From an uncultured delta proteobacterium (GTDB lineage: Bacteria; Desulfobacterota; Binatia; HRBIN30; BPIQ01), in NCBI GenBank assembly GCA_963761335.1, contig CAVXGR010000018.1, positions 512,001-576,000 of the forward strand: DNA of 64,000 bases, in the 5' to 3' direction. This document shows, piece after piece, positions 10,209 through 19,142 of this stretch. The notes beneath the pieces were generated by a model, which was given only the letters and a program-made list of their open reading frames with translations, ran no database searches and had not been told where the DNA came from. Each line of letters starts with the position of its first letter. Position 1 is the stretch's first letter. A program made the translations under genes and the position numbers.

Positions 10209-11011
10209 TGCGGATCGCGGAAGCGGGGAGGGCGTTTCTCCATGTTCGCCTGCACCGCCTCGATCTGGTTCGGCTGCCCGAGTAGGGTTCGCTGCAGCTC
10301 CTCCTCGAGGCGCAGCCCCTCCTCGGTGCGGGTGGCGACCGAGGCGTTGAGGAGGCGCTTGCCGGCGCGGATGGCGTGCGGCGACTTGCCGGCGATCTCC
10401 CGGGCCAACGCCAGGGCGTCCTCGCGCGGCTGCTCGCTGACGCGGGTGGCGAGGCCGAGCTCCGCGGCCTCCTTTCCCGAGACGATGCGGCCGGTGAAGG
10501 TCAGCTCCTTGGCGACGTCGAGTCGCACCAGGTGGCGGAGCGTCTGCGTGCCGCTCATGTCGGGGATGAGCCCCCACTTGATCTCCATCACCGAGAGCTG
10601 GGCGTCGGCGGTGACCAGGCGAATGTCGGCGCCCAGGGCGACCTGCAGCCCGCCGCCGAAGGCGACGCCGTGGATGGCGGCGATCACCGGCACCGGCACC
10701 TCGGTCCACACCCAGGCGGCGCGCTGCGCGCGGTTGGCGGGGCTGTCCTCGCGGCGTTCGAGCAACCCGCCGCCGGCGCGCTCGCTGCTGCCTGCCATTG
10801 CCATGAAGCTGGCAAAGTCGAGACCGGCGCAGAAGGCTCGCCCCTCGCCGGACAGGGCGACGGCGCGAACGGAGCCGTCATTGGCCAGCGTCAGCCCCGC
10901 CTCGATCAGGCCCTCGAACATGGCGCTGTCCAGAGCGTTGAGCTTCTCGGGCCGGTTCAGGCGAACATCGGCCACTCCGTTTTCGATCGAAATGGATACG
11001 CGTTCCGACAT
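10205..11011 (-). CDS. Enoyl-CoA hydratase/crotonase family protein
   Basis: LNRPEKLNAL, AFCAGLD, AFGGGLQ, EIKWGLIPD motifs. Confidence 0.92.
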   Translation of the reverse strand: MSERVSISIENGVADVRLNRPEKLNALDSAMFEGLIEAGLTLANDGSVRAVALSGEGRAFCAGLDFASFMAMAGSSERAGGGLLERREDSPANRAQRAAWVWTEVPVPVIAAIHGVAFGGGLQVALGADIRLVTADAQLSVMEIKWGLIPDMSGTQTLRHLVRLDVAKELTFTGRIVSGKEAAELGLATRVSEQPREDALALAREIAGKSPHAIRAGKRLLNASVATRTEEGLRLEEELQRTLLGQPNQIEAVQANMEKRPPRFRDPQ

Positions 11012-11026
11012 GGTTGGTCCGTGCGA

Positions 11027-11121
11027 GGTTGTTGGGTTGTTAGGTTGTCAAGTTGTTGGTTTTTCGGCGGTTCGCCCGAAGATTCTCGACCAACAACCTA
11101 ACAACCCGACAACCAACAACC
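11027..11121. repeat. Inverted array of octamers (GGTTGTTR / YAACAACC)
   Basis: Four octamers, a central small hairpin, then four complementary octamers. Confidence 0.7.
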
Positions 11122-11126
11122 TGTTC

Positions 11127-13052
11127 TCACGAGGCAGCGGCCACCGGCGCCTTCTCCTCGTCCTTGGCTGCGGAGGGCGCGGTCATGAAGCGGGTCTTGA
11201 AGTCCTCGGGCTTGAGGTCGAGGCCGATGGCGCCTTGCTCGAGCCAGACCTGCTCGCCCTTCATGACCGTGGCGGCGATCTTGTTCTTCACGTCGTCGTC
11301 GTTGCTCCACAGGTCCTTGAAGAGCTGCCGCACCTTGCGCTGCGAGCTGCGGCAGAAGAGATCGGCCAGCTCGTTGGCATGCTGTGCCTCGGGGTGGTGA
11401 TCGTCGCGCATGCGCCGTGCCTGCGAGAGGGTTGCCGCCTGCGCGAACAGCTCCATGACGATGTCGACGCAACGGAAGAGGAAGCCCTGCTTGCGCTCCA
11501 TCTTCGCCTGGTAGAGCGCCATGCCGTGAAAGCTGGCGCGCGCCAGCTTGCGGCAGTTGGCATCGACGAAGCGCAGGTGCCGGGCGAGCGGACCCCAGTC
11601 GTTGTAGCGCGTCACGTTGCTGGCGCCGCGCGTCCAGAGCTGCGGATACCAGCCGGCGTAGTAGCCGAGGATCTGCGGCATCGCCGACAGCTTCTCCTTG
11701 GCGCCGTTCTTCGGATCGATCATGGCCCCGGCGACCTGCAGGTGCTTGTCCACCGCCTCGCGGGCCATGAACAGGTGCATGACCTCGCTCGATCCCTCGA
11801 AGATCAGGTTGATGCGGCAGTCGCGCATGACGCGCTCGACGGGTATCGGGGTCTCGCCGCGGCCCTGCAGCGAGCGCTCCGTCTCGTAGCCGCGACCGCC
11901 GCGGATCTGCAGGGTCTGATCGATGATCTCCCAGGCGCGGACCGTGTTCCACTCCTTGGCGGCGGCGGCTTCCAAGCGGATGTCGTAGCCGCCGCGGTCG
12001 GCCATCTGACTGGCGAGCTTGGAGACCGAGTCCATGGCGAAGGTGGTGGCCGCCATGTCGGCGATGCGATGGGCGATCGCCTCGTGCTTCCAGATGGGCA
12101 CGCCCCACTGGATGCGCTCGGCGCTCCAGCCGCGGACGATCTCCAGGCACTGCTTGGCGATGCCGGCGCAGGCGGCGGGCAGGGTGAGGCGGCCGGTGTT
12201 GAGGGTGATCAGCGCGATCTTCAGCCCCTTGCCCTCCTCGCCGATGACGTTCTCGCGCGGCACGTGCACGTCGCGGAAGCTGATGACGCCGTTGGCCAGG
12301 GCCTTGAGACCCATGAAGCGCGAGCGGTGCTCGACCTTGACGCCCGGCCAGTCGGTCTCGACGATGAAGGCGGTGATTTTCTTGGTCTTGGGGTCGCGCG
12401 CCATGACCACCAGCAGCTCGGCAAGGGTGCCGTTGGTGCACCACAGCTTCTCGCCGTTGAGGACGAAGTGGTCCCCCTGCGCCTCGGCGGTAGTCGACAG
12501 GCTCGCCGGGTCGGAGCCGACGTGCGGCTCGGTGAGGGCGAAGGCGGAGATGGCTCCGGCGGCGCAGCGCGGCAGATACTTCTTCTTCAGATCCGGAGTG
12601 CCGAAGAGCTTGAGCGGCTGCGGCACGCCAATCGACTGGTGCGCCGAGAGCAGGGCGCAGATGTTGCCGTCGAAGGGGCCGACCATCTGCATCACGTTGG
12701 TGTACTCGCTGACGGTGAAGCCGAGGCCGCCGTAGTCCTTGGGAATCTTCATGCCGAAGGCGCCGAGCTTGCGCAGCCCGTCGAGGACGTGCTCCGGGTA
12801 CTCGCCGGTCTCGTCGATCAGCAGCGAGTCGACCTCGGTCTTCAGAAAGTGGCGCAGGTCGTTGTAGAACTTGGTGAACTCCGGGCGTTCCGCGCCTGCC
12901 GCCGGAAAGGGATGGATCAGGTCGAGCTGGAAGTTTCCGAGAAACATGTCGCGCAGAAAACCGCGGCCGGCCCACTCCGTCTCGCGGGCATCCTCGGCGA
13001 CCTTGCGCGACTCCTCTTCAGTCGTAACCCGTGGCTTGGTTGCTTCGCTCAT
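11127..13052 (-). CDS. Acyl-CoA dehydrogenase (VLCAD/FadE-like)
   Basis: AFALTEPHVGSD, LNGEKLWCTNG, GGRGYE, RINLIFEGSSE; RBS-like GAGGTGGAG before ATG at 13052. Confidence 0.93.
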   Translation of the reverse strand: MSEATKPRVTTEEESRKVAEDARETEWAGRGFLRDMFLGNFQLDLIHPFPAAGAERPEFTKFYNDLRHFLKTEVDSLLIDETGEYPEHVLDGLRKLGAFGMKIPKDYGGLGFTVSEYTNVMQMVGPFDGNICALLSAHQSIGVPQPLKLFGTPDLKKKYLPRCAAGAISAFALTEPHVGSDPASLSTTAEAQGDHFVLNGEKLWCTNGTLAELLVVMARDPKTKKITAFIVETDWPGVKVEHRSRFMGLKALANGVISFRDVHVPRENVIGEEGKGLKIALITLNTGRLTLPAACAGIAKQCLEIVRGWSAERIQWGVPIWKHEAIAHRIADMAATTFAMDSVSKLASQMADRGGYDIRLEAAAAKEWNTVRAWEIIDQTLQIRGGRGYETERSLQGRGETPIPVERVMRDCRINLIFEGSSEVMHLFMAREAVDKHLQVAGAMIDPKNGAKEKLSAMPQILGYYAGWYPQLWTRGASNVTRYNDWGPLARHLRFVDANCRKLARASFHGMALYQAKMERKQGFLFRCVDIVMELFAQAATLSQARRMRDDHHPEAQHANELADLFCRSSQRKVRQLFKDLWSNDDDVKNKIAATVMKGEQVWLEQGAIGLDLKPEDFKTRFMTAPSAAKDEEKAPVAAAS

Positions 13053-13207
13053 GCTCCACCTCTCTCGATCTGATTTGAATCCCTTCCCCCGGACGGGGCT
13101 GGGGCGACACGCCCGTTCCACGGTCGTGAACCGCGCCAGCCTAACCCGATCGCCGCGCTTTTCCAACCCCCGCGCGGCGGCCGTCTCGCCGCGTCCGGGG
13201 AGAAAAA

Positions 13208-13574
13208 GTGGAAGCGGCGTCCCGCCGCTTTGAACGGCTCGGCGGGGTTGCGGCGCCACGGGCTTCCCGCTGACGAGGCGAGACACCTCGTCTACCACGA
13301 GTAGAAGCGGCGTCCCGCCGCTCCGAACGTCTCGGCTGGGATGCGGCGCCTCCGGCTTCCCGCAGACGAGGCGAGACGCCTCGTCTACCACGAGTAGAAG
13401 CGGCGTCCCGCCGCTTTGAACGGCTCGGCGGGGTTGCGGCGCCACGGGCTTCCCGCTGACGAGGCGAGACACCTCGTCTACCACGAGTAGAAGCGGCGTC
13501 CCGCCGCTCCGAACGTCTCGGCTGGGATGCGGCGCCTCGGGCTTCCCGCAGACGAGGCGAGACGCCTCGTCTAC
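13208..13574. repeat. Tandem array of four 93-bp GTAG-REP doublets (A-B-A-B)
   Basis: Units start at 13208, 13301, 13394, 13487; each is GTAGAAGCGGCGTCCCGCCGCT...ACGAGGCGAGACRCCTCGTCTAC (first unit starts GTGG). Confidence 0.9.
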
Positions 13575-13608
13575 TTTACGCTGCTCCTCCTGTGCTAATC
13601 TGCGCCAC

Positions 13609-15306
13609 GTGGGAAAGGGGTGGTGGTCGCAGCGACGGCTGCGGACGAAGATCTTTCTGGTGTTTGCGCCGCTCCTTCTGGGGACGTTGCTGCTGACGCT
13701 GGCGTTGACGCAGCTCGTGGTCAGCCGCCAGGCGGAGGATGCGCTGAAGAGCCAGCTGCGAGTGACCGGCGACGTCTTCCGCGGCCGCCTCGCCGAGCGT
13801 GCCGGGCGCCTGCTCGCGGAGTCGACGCTGCTGGCCAGCGATTTCGCGCTCAAGCGCGCCGTCGCTACTTACGACCCTGCGACCCTCGGCTCGGTGGCGG
13901 TCAACTACCGCGAGCGCCTCGGAGGTGACCTTCTGTGGATCGGCGACGACAAGGGGATCCTGCTCGCCGATGCGCGCGGAGCCCAGCAGCCCGGGCGCAG
14001 CCTCCGTGATTTCCCCCCGGTGGCGGCTCTGCTCGACGGCGGCAGGGCCGCCGCTACGGTCGCCTCGGTCGACGGCGCTCTCTACCAGCTTGCCACGGTG
14101 CCCGTGGAGGCGCCTGGCCTGATCGGTTTCATCGTCGCCGGCGAGGGCATCGATGACGATACCGCCGAGCTGCTGCGGCGGCAGACCGGCTCGCAGGTGT
14201 CCTTTCTGACCTCGAGCCGCGTCTTCGCCTCCTCGCTCGCCGCCGCCGAACGCCGACGCCTCTCCCCCGCGGCGCTCGTGGCGACCGCAGCCGCGACGGC
14301 GGAAAGTGCGCCCTTTCTCGCCGAGAGCGCCGGGGAACGCTGGCTATCGCTGCTGGTGCCCATCGGCGCCGTTCCCGAGCCGCTGTACGCGCTCGTGCAG
14401 CGCTCCTACGACCGCGCCCTCGAGCCGCTGCTCGCCCTGCGCCGCCGCTTCGTCATCATCGGTGTCGCCGCCTTGGCCGGCGCTCTGCTGATCGGTGCCG
14501 TTCTCGCCAACGGCATCGCGGCGCCACTCCAGGCGATGGTCGGGGTCATGCGCCAGGTGCGCTCCGGAGACCTGCGACAGCGTCTGGCGCTGCGCCGCGA
14601 GGACGAGATCGGGTACCTCGCCAGCTCCTTCAACGAGATGGTTGCCGGGCTCGAGGAGCGCGAGCGCATCAAGGATACGTTCGGGCGCTACGTCTCCCGC
14701 GACGTCGCCGAGGCGGTGCTGAGCGGACGCGTGCCCCTGCGCGGCGAGCTGCGCGAGGTCACCATCCTCTTTCAGGATATCCGCGGCTTCACCAGCCTGA
14801 CCGAGAAGAGCAACCCCGAAGAGCTGGTCGGCATCCTCAACCGCTTCTTTACGGAGATGGTGGCCGCGGTGGAGGCGCAGGGCGGTGTGGTGCGCCAGTT
14901 CACCGGCGACGGCGTGATGGCGATGTTCGGGGCCCCAGTCACCCACGCGGACGATCCGCCGCGCGCCGTGCGCGCCGGGCTCGATATGCTGCACCGCCTC
15001 GAGGCTCTGAACCGCCGCCTCGAGGGCGAGGGCTGGCCGCCTCTGCGAATCGGCATCGGCATCCACACCGGGGACGTCGTGGCCGGGCAGCTCGGTCCCG
15101 ACGAGCGCATCGAGTACTCGGTCATCGGCGACGCCGTGAACGTCGCCAGCCGCATCGAGAGCCTGACCAAGGAGATGGGGGCGACCCTGCTGGTGTCGCA
15201 GGTGACCGCCGCCCGGCTCGGCGGCGAGTTCCGCCTCGGCCGCCGCGTCGTCCTTCCCATCCGCGGCAAGGAGCAGCCCGTGGAGATCGTCGAGGTGGTG
15301 GGCTGA
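13609..15306 (+). CDS. Membrane Cache-like/HAMP class III adenylate/guanylate cyclase
   Basis: Two TMs, HAMP (DEIGYLASSFNEM), LFQDIRGFT, FTGDGVMA, GIGIHTG, IGDAVNVASRIE. Confidence 0.92.
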   Translation: MGKGWWSQRRLRTKIFLVFAPLLLGTLLLTLALTQLVVSRQAEDALKSQLRVTGDVFRGRLAERAGRLLAESTLLASDFALKRAVATYDPATLGSVAVNYRERLGGDLLWIGDDKGILLADARGAQQPGRSLRDFPPVAALLDGGRAAATVASVDGALYQLATVPVEAPGLIGFIVAGEGIDDDTAELLRRQTGSQVSFLTSSRVFASSLAAAERRRLSPAALVATAAATAESAPFLAESAGERWLSLLVPIGAVPEPLYALVQRSYDRALEPLLALRRRFVIIGVAALAGALLIGAVLANGIAAPLQAMVGVMRQVRSGDLRQRLALRREDEIGYLASSFNEMVAGLEERERIKDTFGRYVSRDVAEAVLSGRVPLRGELREVTILFQDIRGFTSLTEKSNPEELVGILNRFFTEMVAAVEAQGGVVRQFTGDGVMAMFGAPVTHADDPPRAVRAGLDMLHRLEALNRRLEGEGWPPLRIGIGIHTGDVVAGQLGPDERIEYSVIGDAVNVASRIESLTKEMGATLLVSQVTAARLGGEFRLGRRVVLPIRGKEQPVEIVEVVG

Positions 15307-15318
15307 GCCGAGAAGGGA

Positions 15319-17106
15319 TCAGCGGGGCGCCACTTCGCCGGACTCGATCTTGCGGTACAGCTCCTCGGTGATCGGCAGGTAGCTGTCGCCGTCGAGGAAG
15401 TACAGCGGATCCTTGACGGCGCTCGGGTCGTACGCCTCTTTGCGGTAGTCCACCTTCTGGTGCTTGAAGGTGCCGGTGATGCGCATGTCGTTCTGCAGCC
15501 GGATGAAGTACGGGCGCTGGTAGCTCGGCAGGTGCTCGACCACGTAGGCGGCGAACTCGTGCAGGTCGAAGCCGTCGCCGGCACGGATGCTGGCCATGCC
15601 GGCGCGCCCCTCGGCGCCGGGTACGGCGACGCCGTAGACGTTGCTCTCCAGGACGCCGCGGGCGCCGTTGAGCACCTCGGCGACCTCGTTGGTGGAGACG
15701 TTCTCTCCCTTCCAGCGAAAGGTATCGCCGACGCGGTCGGCGAACGAGACCCAGCCGCCGGGGTGGAGCTGCATGAGGTCTCCCGAGTTGAAGTACTTGT
15801 CCCCGGGCTTGAGGACGTCGCGCAGGATCTTCTTCTGCGTCGCCTCGGCATCGACGTAGCCGTCGAACTTGGTGGTCGCCGTGATGCGCCCGAGGAACAG
15901 CCCGCGCTCGCCTTCGTCGACCTTCTGGCAGAGGCCCCTCTCGTTGCGGACCGGCTCGCCGGTGCTCACGTCGCAGCGGATGATCACCTGGCCGGTGTGC
16001 AGGCGCCCGACCATACCGGGCCGCCCCTCCATGTTGACCAGGGGAGCGTTGCCCTCGGTGGCGCCGTAGAACTCGCGCACCAGCGGGATACCGAAGCGTG
16101 CCTGAAACTTCTCCCAGATATCCGGACGCAGGCCGTTGCCGATGCAGAGGCGCAGTGAGTGCTCGCGCTCGCCCGGGATCGGCTCGTGGTTCAGGAGGTA
16201 GCGGCAGAGCTCGCCGATGTAGATGAAGATGGTGGCGTTGAAGTCGCGGACGTCCTTCCAGAAGTTCGAGGCCGAGAACTTCCGCCGCAGCGCCAGGGTG
16301 GCGCCGGAGACCAGCGCCGCTCCCCAGCCGCCGAACATGCCGTTGGAATGGTAGAGCGGCAGGGACAGGTAGATCACGTCGCGGGGTGTCGCCGCGCCCA
16401 TGACGCGTCCGAAGAGGGTCGACGCCAGCAGCCAGCGCTGATTGGTGATGATCGCCGCCTTCGGCAGCCCGGTGGTTCCCGAGGTGTAGATGTAGCACAT
16501 CGGCTCGGCGGTCTGCGGCATCGGCAGAGTGGCGTGCTCGCGGCCGGAGCAGGCGGCGACGTCGGCATTGATGACGCGATGGTCGCCGGCGGCGCCGGCC
16601 GGGGCTCCGTCTTCGACCTGTACCCAGAAGTTGTGTTCCCGGGAAATACCCTCGAAGTCGGGGAGGGCTTCGGCGGCGGACTCGAGGTGCTCGGCGCCGA
16701 CGACAATGGCTTTGGAGCGGGCGACGTTGACGGCGTGCACCAGCGGCTTGCCGGCGACGTGCGTGTTGATCAGAGCGCCGATGGCGCGGATGCGGCTGAG
16801 CCCGGCGAGAATGAAGAGGTAGTCGGGGCGATTGTCCATCAGCAGGGACACGACGTCGCCGCGCCCGATGCCGTGTTGCAGGAAGAAGGCCGCGTACTGG
16901 TTGGCGTGCTGATCCATCTCCTGCCACGACCAGCGTTTGTCTTCGAAGGCCAGGCCGACGTGATTCGGCTGCGTCCGCGCCAGCTCCTCGAGGAGTCGCG
17001 CACTGTTCCAGTTGCCGTTCGGCAGCAGCCGGCGCCCCTGTCCGAGAAGACGCCCGACGCCCTTCAGCTCCGTCCAGCCGGTATGCACGCGCTCGCTCAG
17101 GTCCAT
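15319..17106 (-). CDS. Long-chain acyl-CoA synthetase (FATP family)
   Basis: YIYTSGTTGLPKA, YIGELCRYL, DRVGDTFRWKGENVST. Confidence 0.93.
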   Translation of the reverse strand: MDLSERVHTGWTELKGVGRLLGQGRRLLPNGNWNSARLLEELARTQPNHVGLAFEDKRWSWQEMDQHANQYAAFFLQHGIGRGDVVSLLMDNRPDYLFILAGLSRIRAIGALINTHVAGKPLVHAVNVARSKAIVVGAEHLESAAEALPDFEGISREHNFWVQVEDGAPAGAAGDHRVINADVAACSGREHATLPMPQTAEPMCYIYTSGTTGLPKAAIITNQRWLLASTLFGRVMGAATPRDVIYLSLPLYHSNGMFGGWGAALVSGATLALRRKFSASNFWKDVRDFNATIFIYIGELCRYLLNHEPIPGEREHSLRLCIGNGLRPDIWEKFQARFGIPLVREFYGATEGNAPLVNMEGRPGMVGRLHTGQVIIRCDVSTGEPVRNERGLCQKVDEGERGLFLGRITATTKFDGYVDAEATQKKILRDVLKPGDKYFNSGDLMQLHPGGWVSFADRVGDTFRWKGENVSTNEVAEVLNGARGVLESNVYGVAVPGAEGRAGMASIRAGDGFDLHEFAAYVVEHLPSYQRPYFIRLQNDMRITGTFKHQKVDYRKEAYDPSAVKDPLYFLDGDSYLPITEELYRKIESGEVAPR

Positions 17107-17237
17107 GCCCCCCGCTTAGCGCGAAACTCTTTCCGTTTGTAGAGGAAGCGCCCTGGGGACGCCGAATCGGGTGCGGTTGCGCCGCGTCAGGGGCGCGGTT
17201 CCGAAGATATCTGGCGGAGCGTCGCCTCTGTGCGGCG

Positions 17238-17900
17238 CTACTCGTATCCTCCGCGCAGACCCTGGACCGGCGGGCGCGGCCGCGATTGGGCGGTGGGAAG
17301 GGAGAAATGGATCTCCGCCGGATCACCGTCGACGGTGACCTTCTGGGCGATGTCCTCCGGGTCGGCGCTCGAGTGCTCGTGCCAGGCGCCGATCGAGTAC
17401 GTGCCTGCGGGCAGATTCGGCAGGGCGAAGCGGCCGTCGGCGGCGGTGAGGGCGAAGTGCGTGTTTGGCAGCACGACGATCATCGCCGACATCCAGTCGT
17501 GAATGTTGCAGCCGATCTGCACCACCCCCGGCGTGTCGAAGCGTACCGGCGCGGCGCTCTCTCCCTTGTAGAGCGGGATCTCGAAGGTCTTGATGCGCGA
17601 GAAGGAGTAGACGTGGTGGTGGATCTGATCGTGGTTGGGAAAGTACACCTCCGTCCCCGCGGCGACCGGCAGCACGTGGGGGACGAACTCCTTGTGCATC
17701 TGATCCATGACGGCGGTGGTTCCCGGCGCGGCCGCCTCGAGCCCCGGCGTCTGCGCGACGAAGACGACCGCGTCACCCAGCGGCTCCTGGCTCTCGTTCA
17801 CAACGGTGCCGCGAACCTCGCCGCCTGCGGCACCGCCCACCAGCGCTGCCAGCAGCAGGCAGGTGGCAGTCGCGAGTCGCAGATACTTCGACGCCTTCAT
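17238..17900 (-). CDS. Exported cupredoxin-like protein with carboxypeptidase-regulatory-like domain
   Basis: Signal peptide, FPNHDQIHHHVYSFS and GCNIHDWM (H..C..H..M type-1 Cu-like ligands). Confidence 0.8.
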   Translation of the reverse strand: MKASKYLRLATATCLLLAALVGGAAGGEVRGTVVNESQEPLGDAVVFVAQTPGLEAAAPGTTAVMDQMHKEFVPHVLPVAAGTEVYFPNHDQIHHHVYSFSRIKTFEIPLYKGESAAPVRFDTPGVVQIGCNIHDWMSAMIVVLPNTHFALTAADGRFALPNLPAGTYSIGAWHEHSSADPEDIAQKVTVDGDPAEIHFSLPTAQSRPRPPVQGLRGGYE

Positions 17901-17906
17901 CTCAGT

Positions 17907-19139
17907 TCAGTACCGGTAGCGGTAGCTCACCTGCCAGCCGCCGTCGGAGGGGTCGCGGTTGGCGGGCGCGGCGCGGTGGCTGTCGACGAAGATATACTCG
18001 AAGCCGAGCCGATGTCGCAGCCCGAGCTGATAGAGATAGGCCACGGTCAAGGCATCGCCGCGCTCCCGCGAAGCCGGTGGACCGTCGCTGTCGTCGACGA
18101 GAAGCTCGTCGTAGCGCGCCGTCAGGCGATGTGGCCCGTGGTGAAACGAGAGCAGCGGATACCAGGCGGTGAAGGTGCTGTCCCAGCGGTTCGCCCGCGT
18201 GTTGGTCTCGCCCGTCATCACCTGCACGATGAGATCGAGCTTGGGAATGGCGCGGACCACCGCCCCGGCGGTCCCGAAGCGCGTCTCCCAGACGTCGTCG
18301 TGACCCTGGTCGCCGAGATTGTCGAAGTACCCGAAGCGCAGCCCGCCGATCTTCCACGGATCGCTGAGGTTCAGTGCCGCATAGACTGCCGGTCTGCCGT
18401 CGCGCTCGTAGAACACCGAAGTGCTCTGCCCCGGCTGCGGCAGCGGCAGCTCGCTGTTGATGCCGCTGAGAGCATCGCTCAGCACCCAGCCGCGCTCCGC
18501 CAGCAGGCTCCCGGCCTGGTCCGGACCCCAGCCGGCGCCGCACACGAGATCGGCGTGCACTCCGCGCAGCATCATCCAGGTCTCGGCCTCGACCCCGACG
18601 ACGCGCACCTCCTCCCAGAGCCAGCTGTTCAGAGCCGACGGCGTCAGCGTGTAGCGCGAGGTCCATGCAGGGCCGGTCTGCTCCAGGGAGAAGGGCGGAT
18701 TGAGGACGCCCGTTTGCAGTCCCCAGCCGCTCTCCCAGTCGCCCCACTGCCGCCGCAAGTAGGCTTCGATCAGCCGCGGCCATCCGTCGTTGTGGATGTC
18801 GCCGTCGCCGGTGACGTCCGCCTCCCAGTTGAGCTGCACATGGGCGCTGAGCTGGTTGGGGAGCGACGCCTCGAGCTCCAGTGCCAGCTGGGACAGGGCG
18901 AAGTGCACGGCGTGCTCGTTTCCGGTTGCCGTCCGCTCGCCGCCGTAGCGGGTCTTGCCCGGTCCGCGGTCCGTCCAGCTCGGCGCCGTGCCGAAGCGCG
19001 CCAGGCGCGCGTCGACGAGAAGGCGGAGCGACAGCGGGCTCTGCCCGCCGCCGGACCAGGGGCTTTGGGCCCCGACTTCGCCAGGCGTGACGGCAAGGAC
19101 GCAGAGCAGAGTTGCGACAGCCGGCAGTGACGGCGCCAT
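17907..19139 (-). CDS. Putative outer-membrane beta-barrel protein
   Basis: Signal peptide, alternating beta patterns, C-terminal WQVSYRYRY beta-signal. Confidence 0.7.
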   Translation of the reverse strand: MAPSLPAVATLLCVLAVTPGEVGAQSPWSGGGQSPLSLRLLVDARLARFGTAPSWTDRGPGKTRYGGERTATGNEHAVHFALSQLALELEASLPNQLSAHVQLNWEADVTGDGDIHNDGWPRLIEAYLRRQWGDWESGWGLQTGVLNPPFSLEQTGPAWTSRYTLTPSALNSWLWEEVRVVGVEAETWMMLRGVHADLVCGAGWGPDQAGSLLAERGWVLSDALSGINSELPLPQPGQSTSVFYERDGRPAVYAALNLSDPWKIGGLRFGYFDNLGDQGHDDVWETRFGTAGAVVRAIPKLDLIVQVMTGETNTRANRWDSTFTAWYPLLSFHHGPHRLTARYDELLVDDSDGPPASRERGDALTVAYLYQLGLRHRLGFEYIFVDSHRAAPANRDPSDGGWQVSYRYRY

Positions 19140-19142
19140 CGG

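Noticed and set aside
9969..13073. Very long alternative ORFs (also 17902-21072, 27677-29989, 57078-60260)
   Set aside because: Antisense or off-frame shadows typical of high-GC DNA, overlapping well-supported genes.
13208..13574. Possible CRISPR array
   Set aside because: The inter-repeat segments are themselves repeated (A-B-A-B) and similar to each other, the units are REP-like doublets, and there are no cas genes.
13053..13853. N-terminal 266-aa extension of the 908-aa acyl-CoA dehydrogenase ORF
   Set aside because: It is read-through of the REP array and antisense to the cyclase; a good RBS and ATG exist at 13052.
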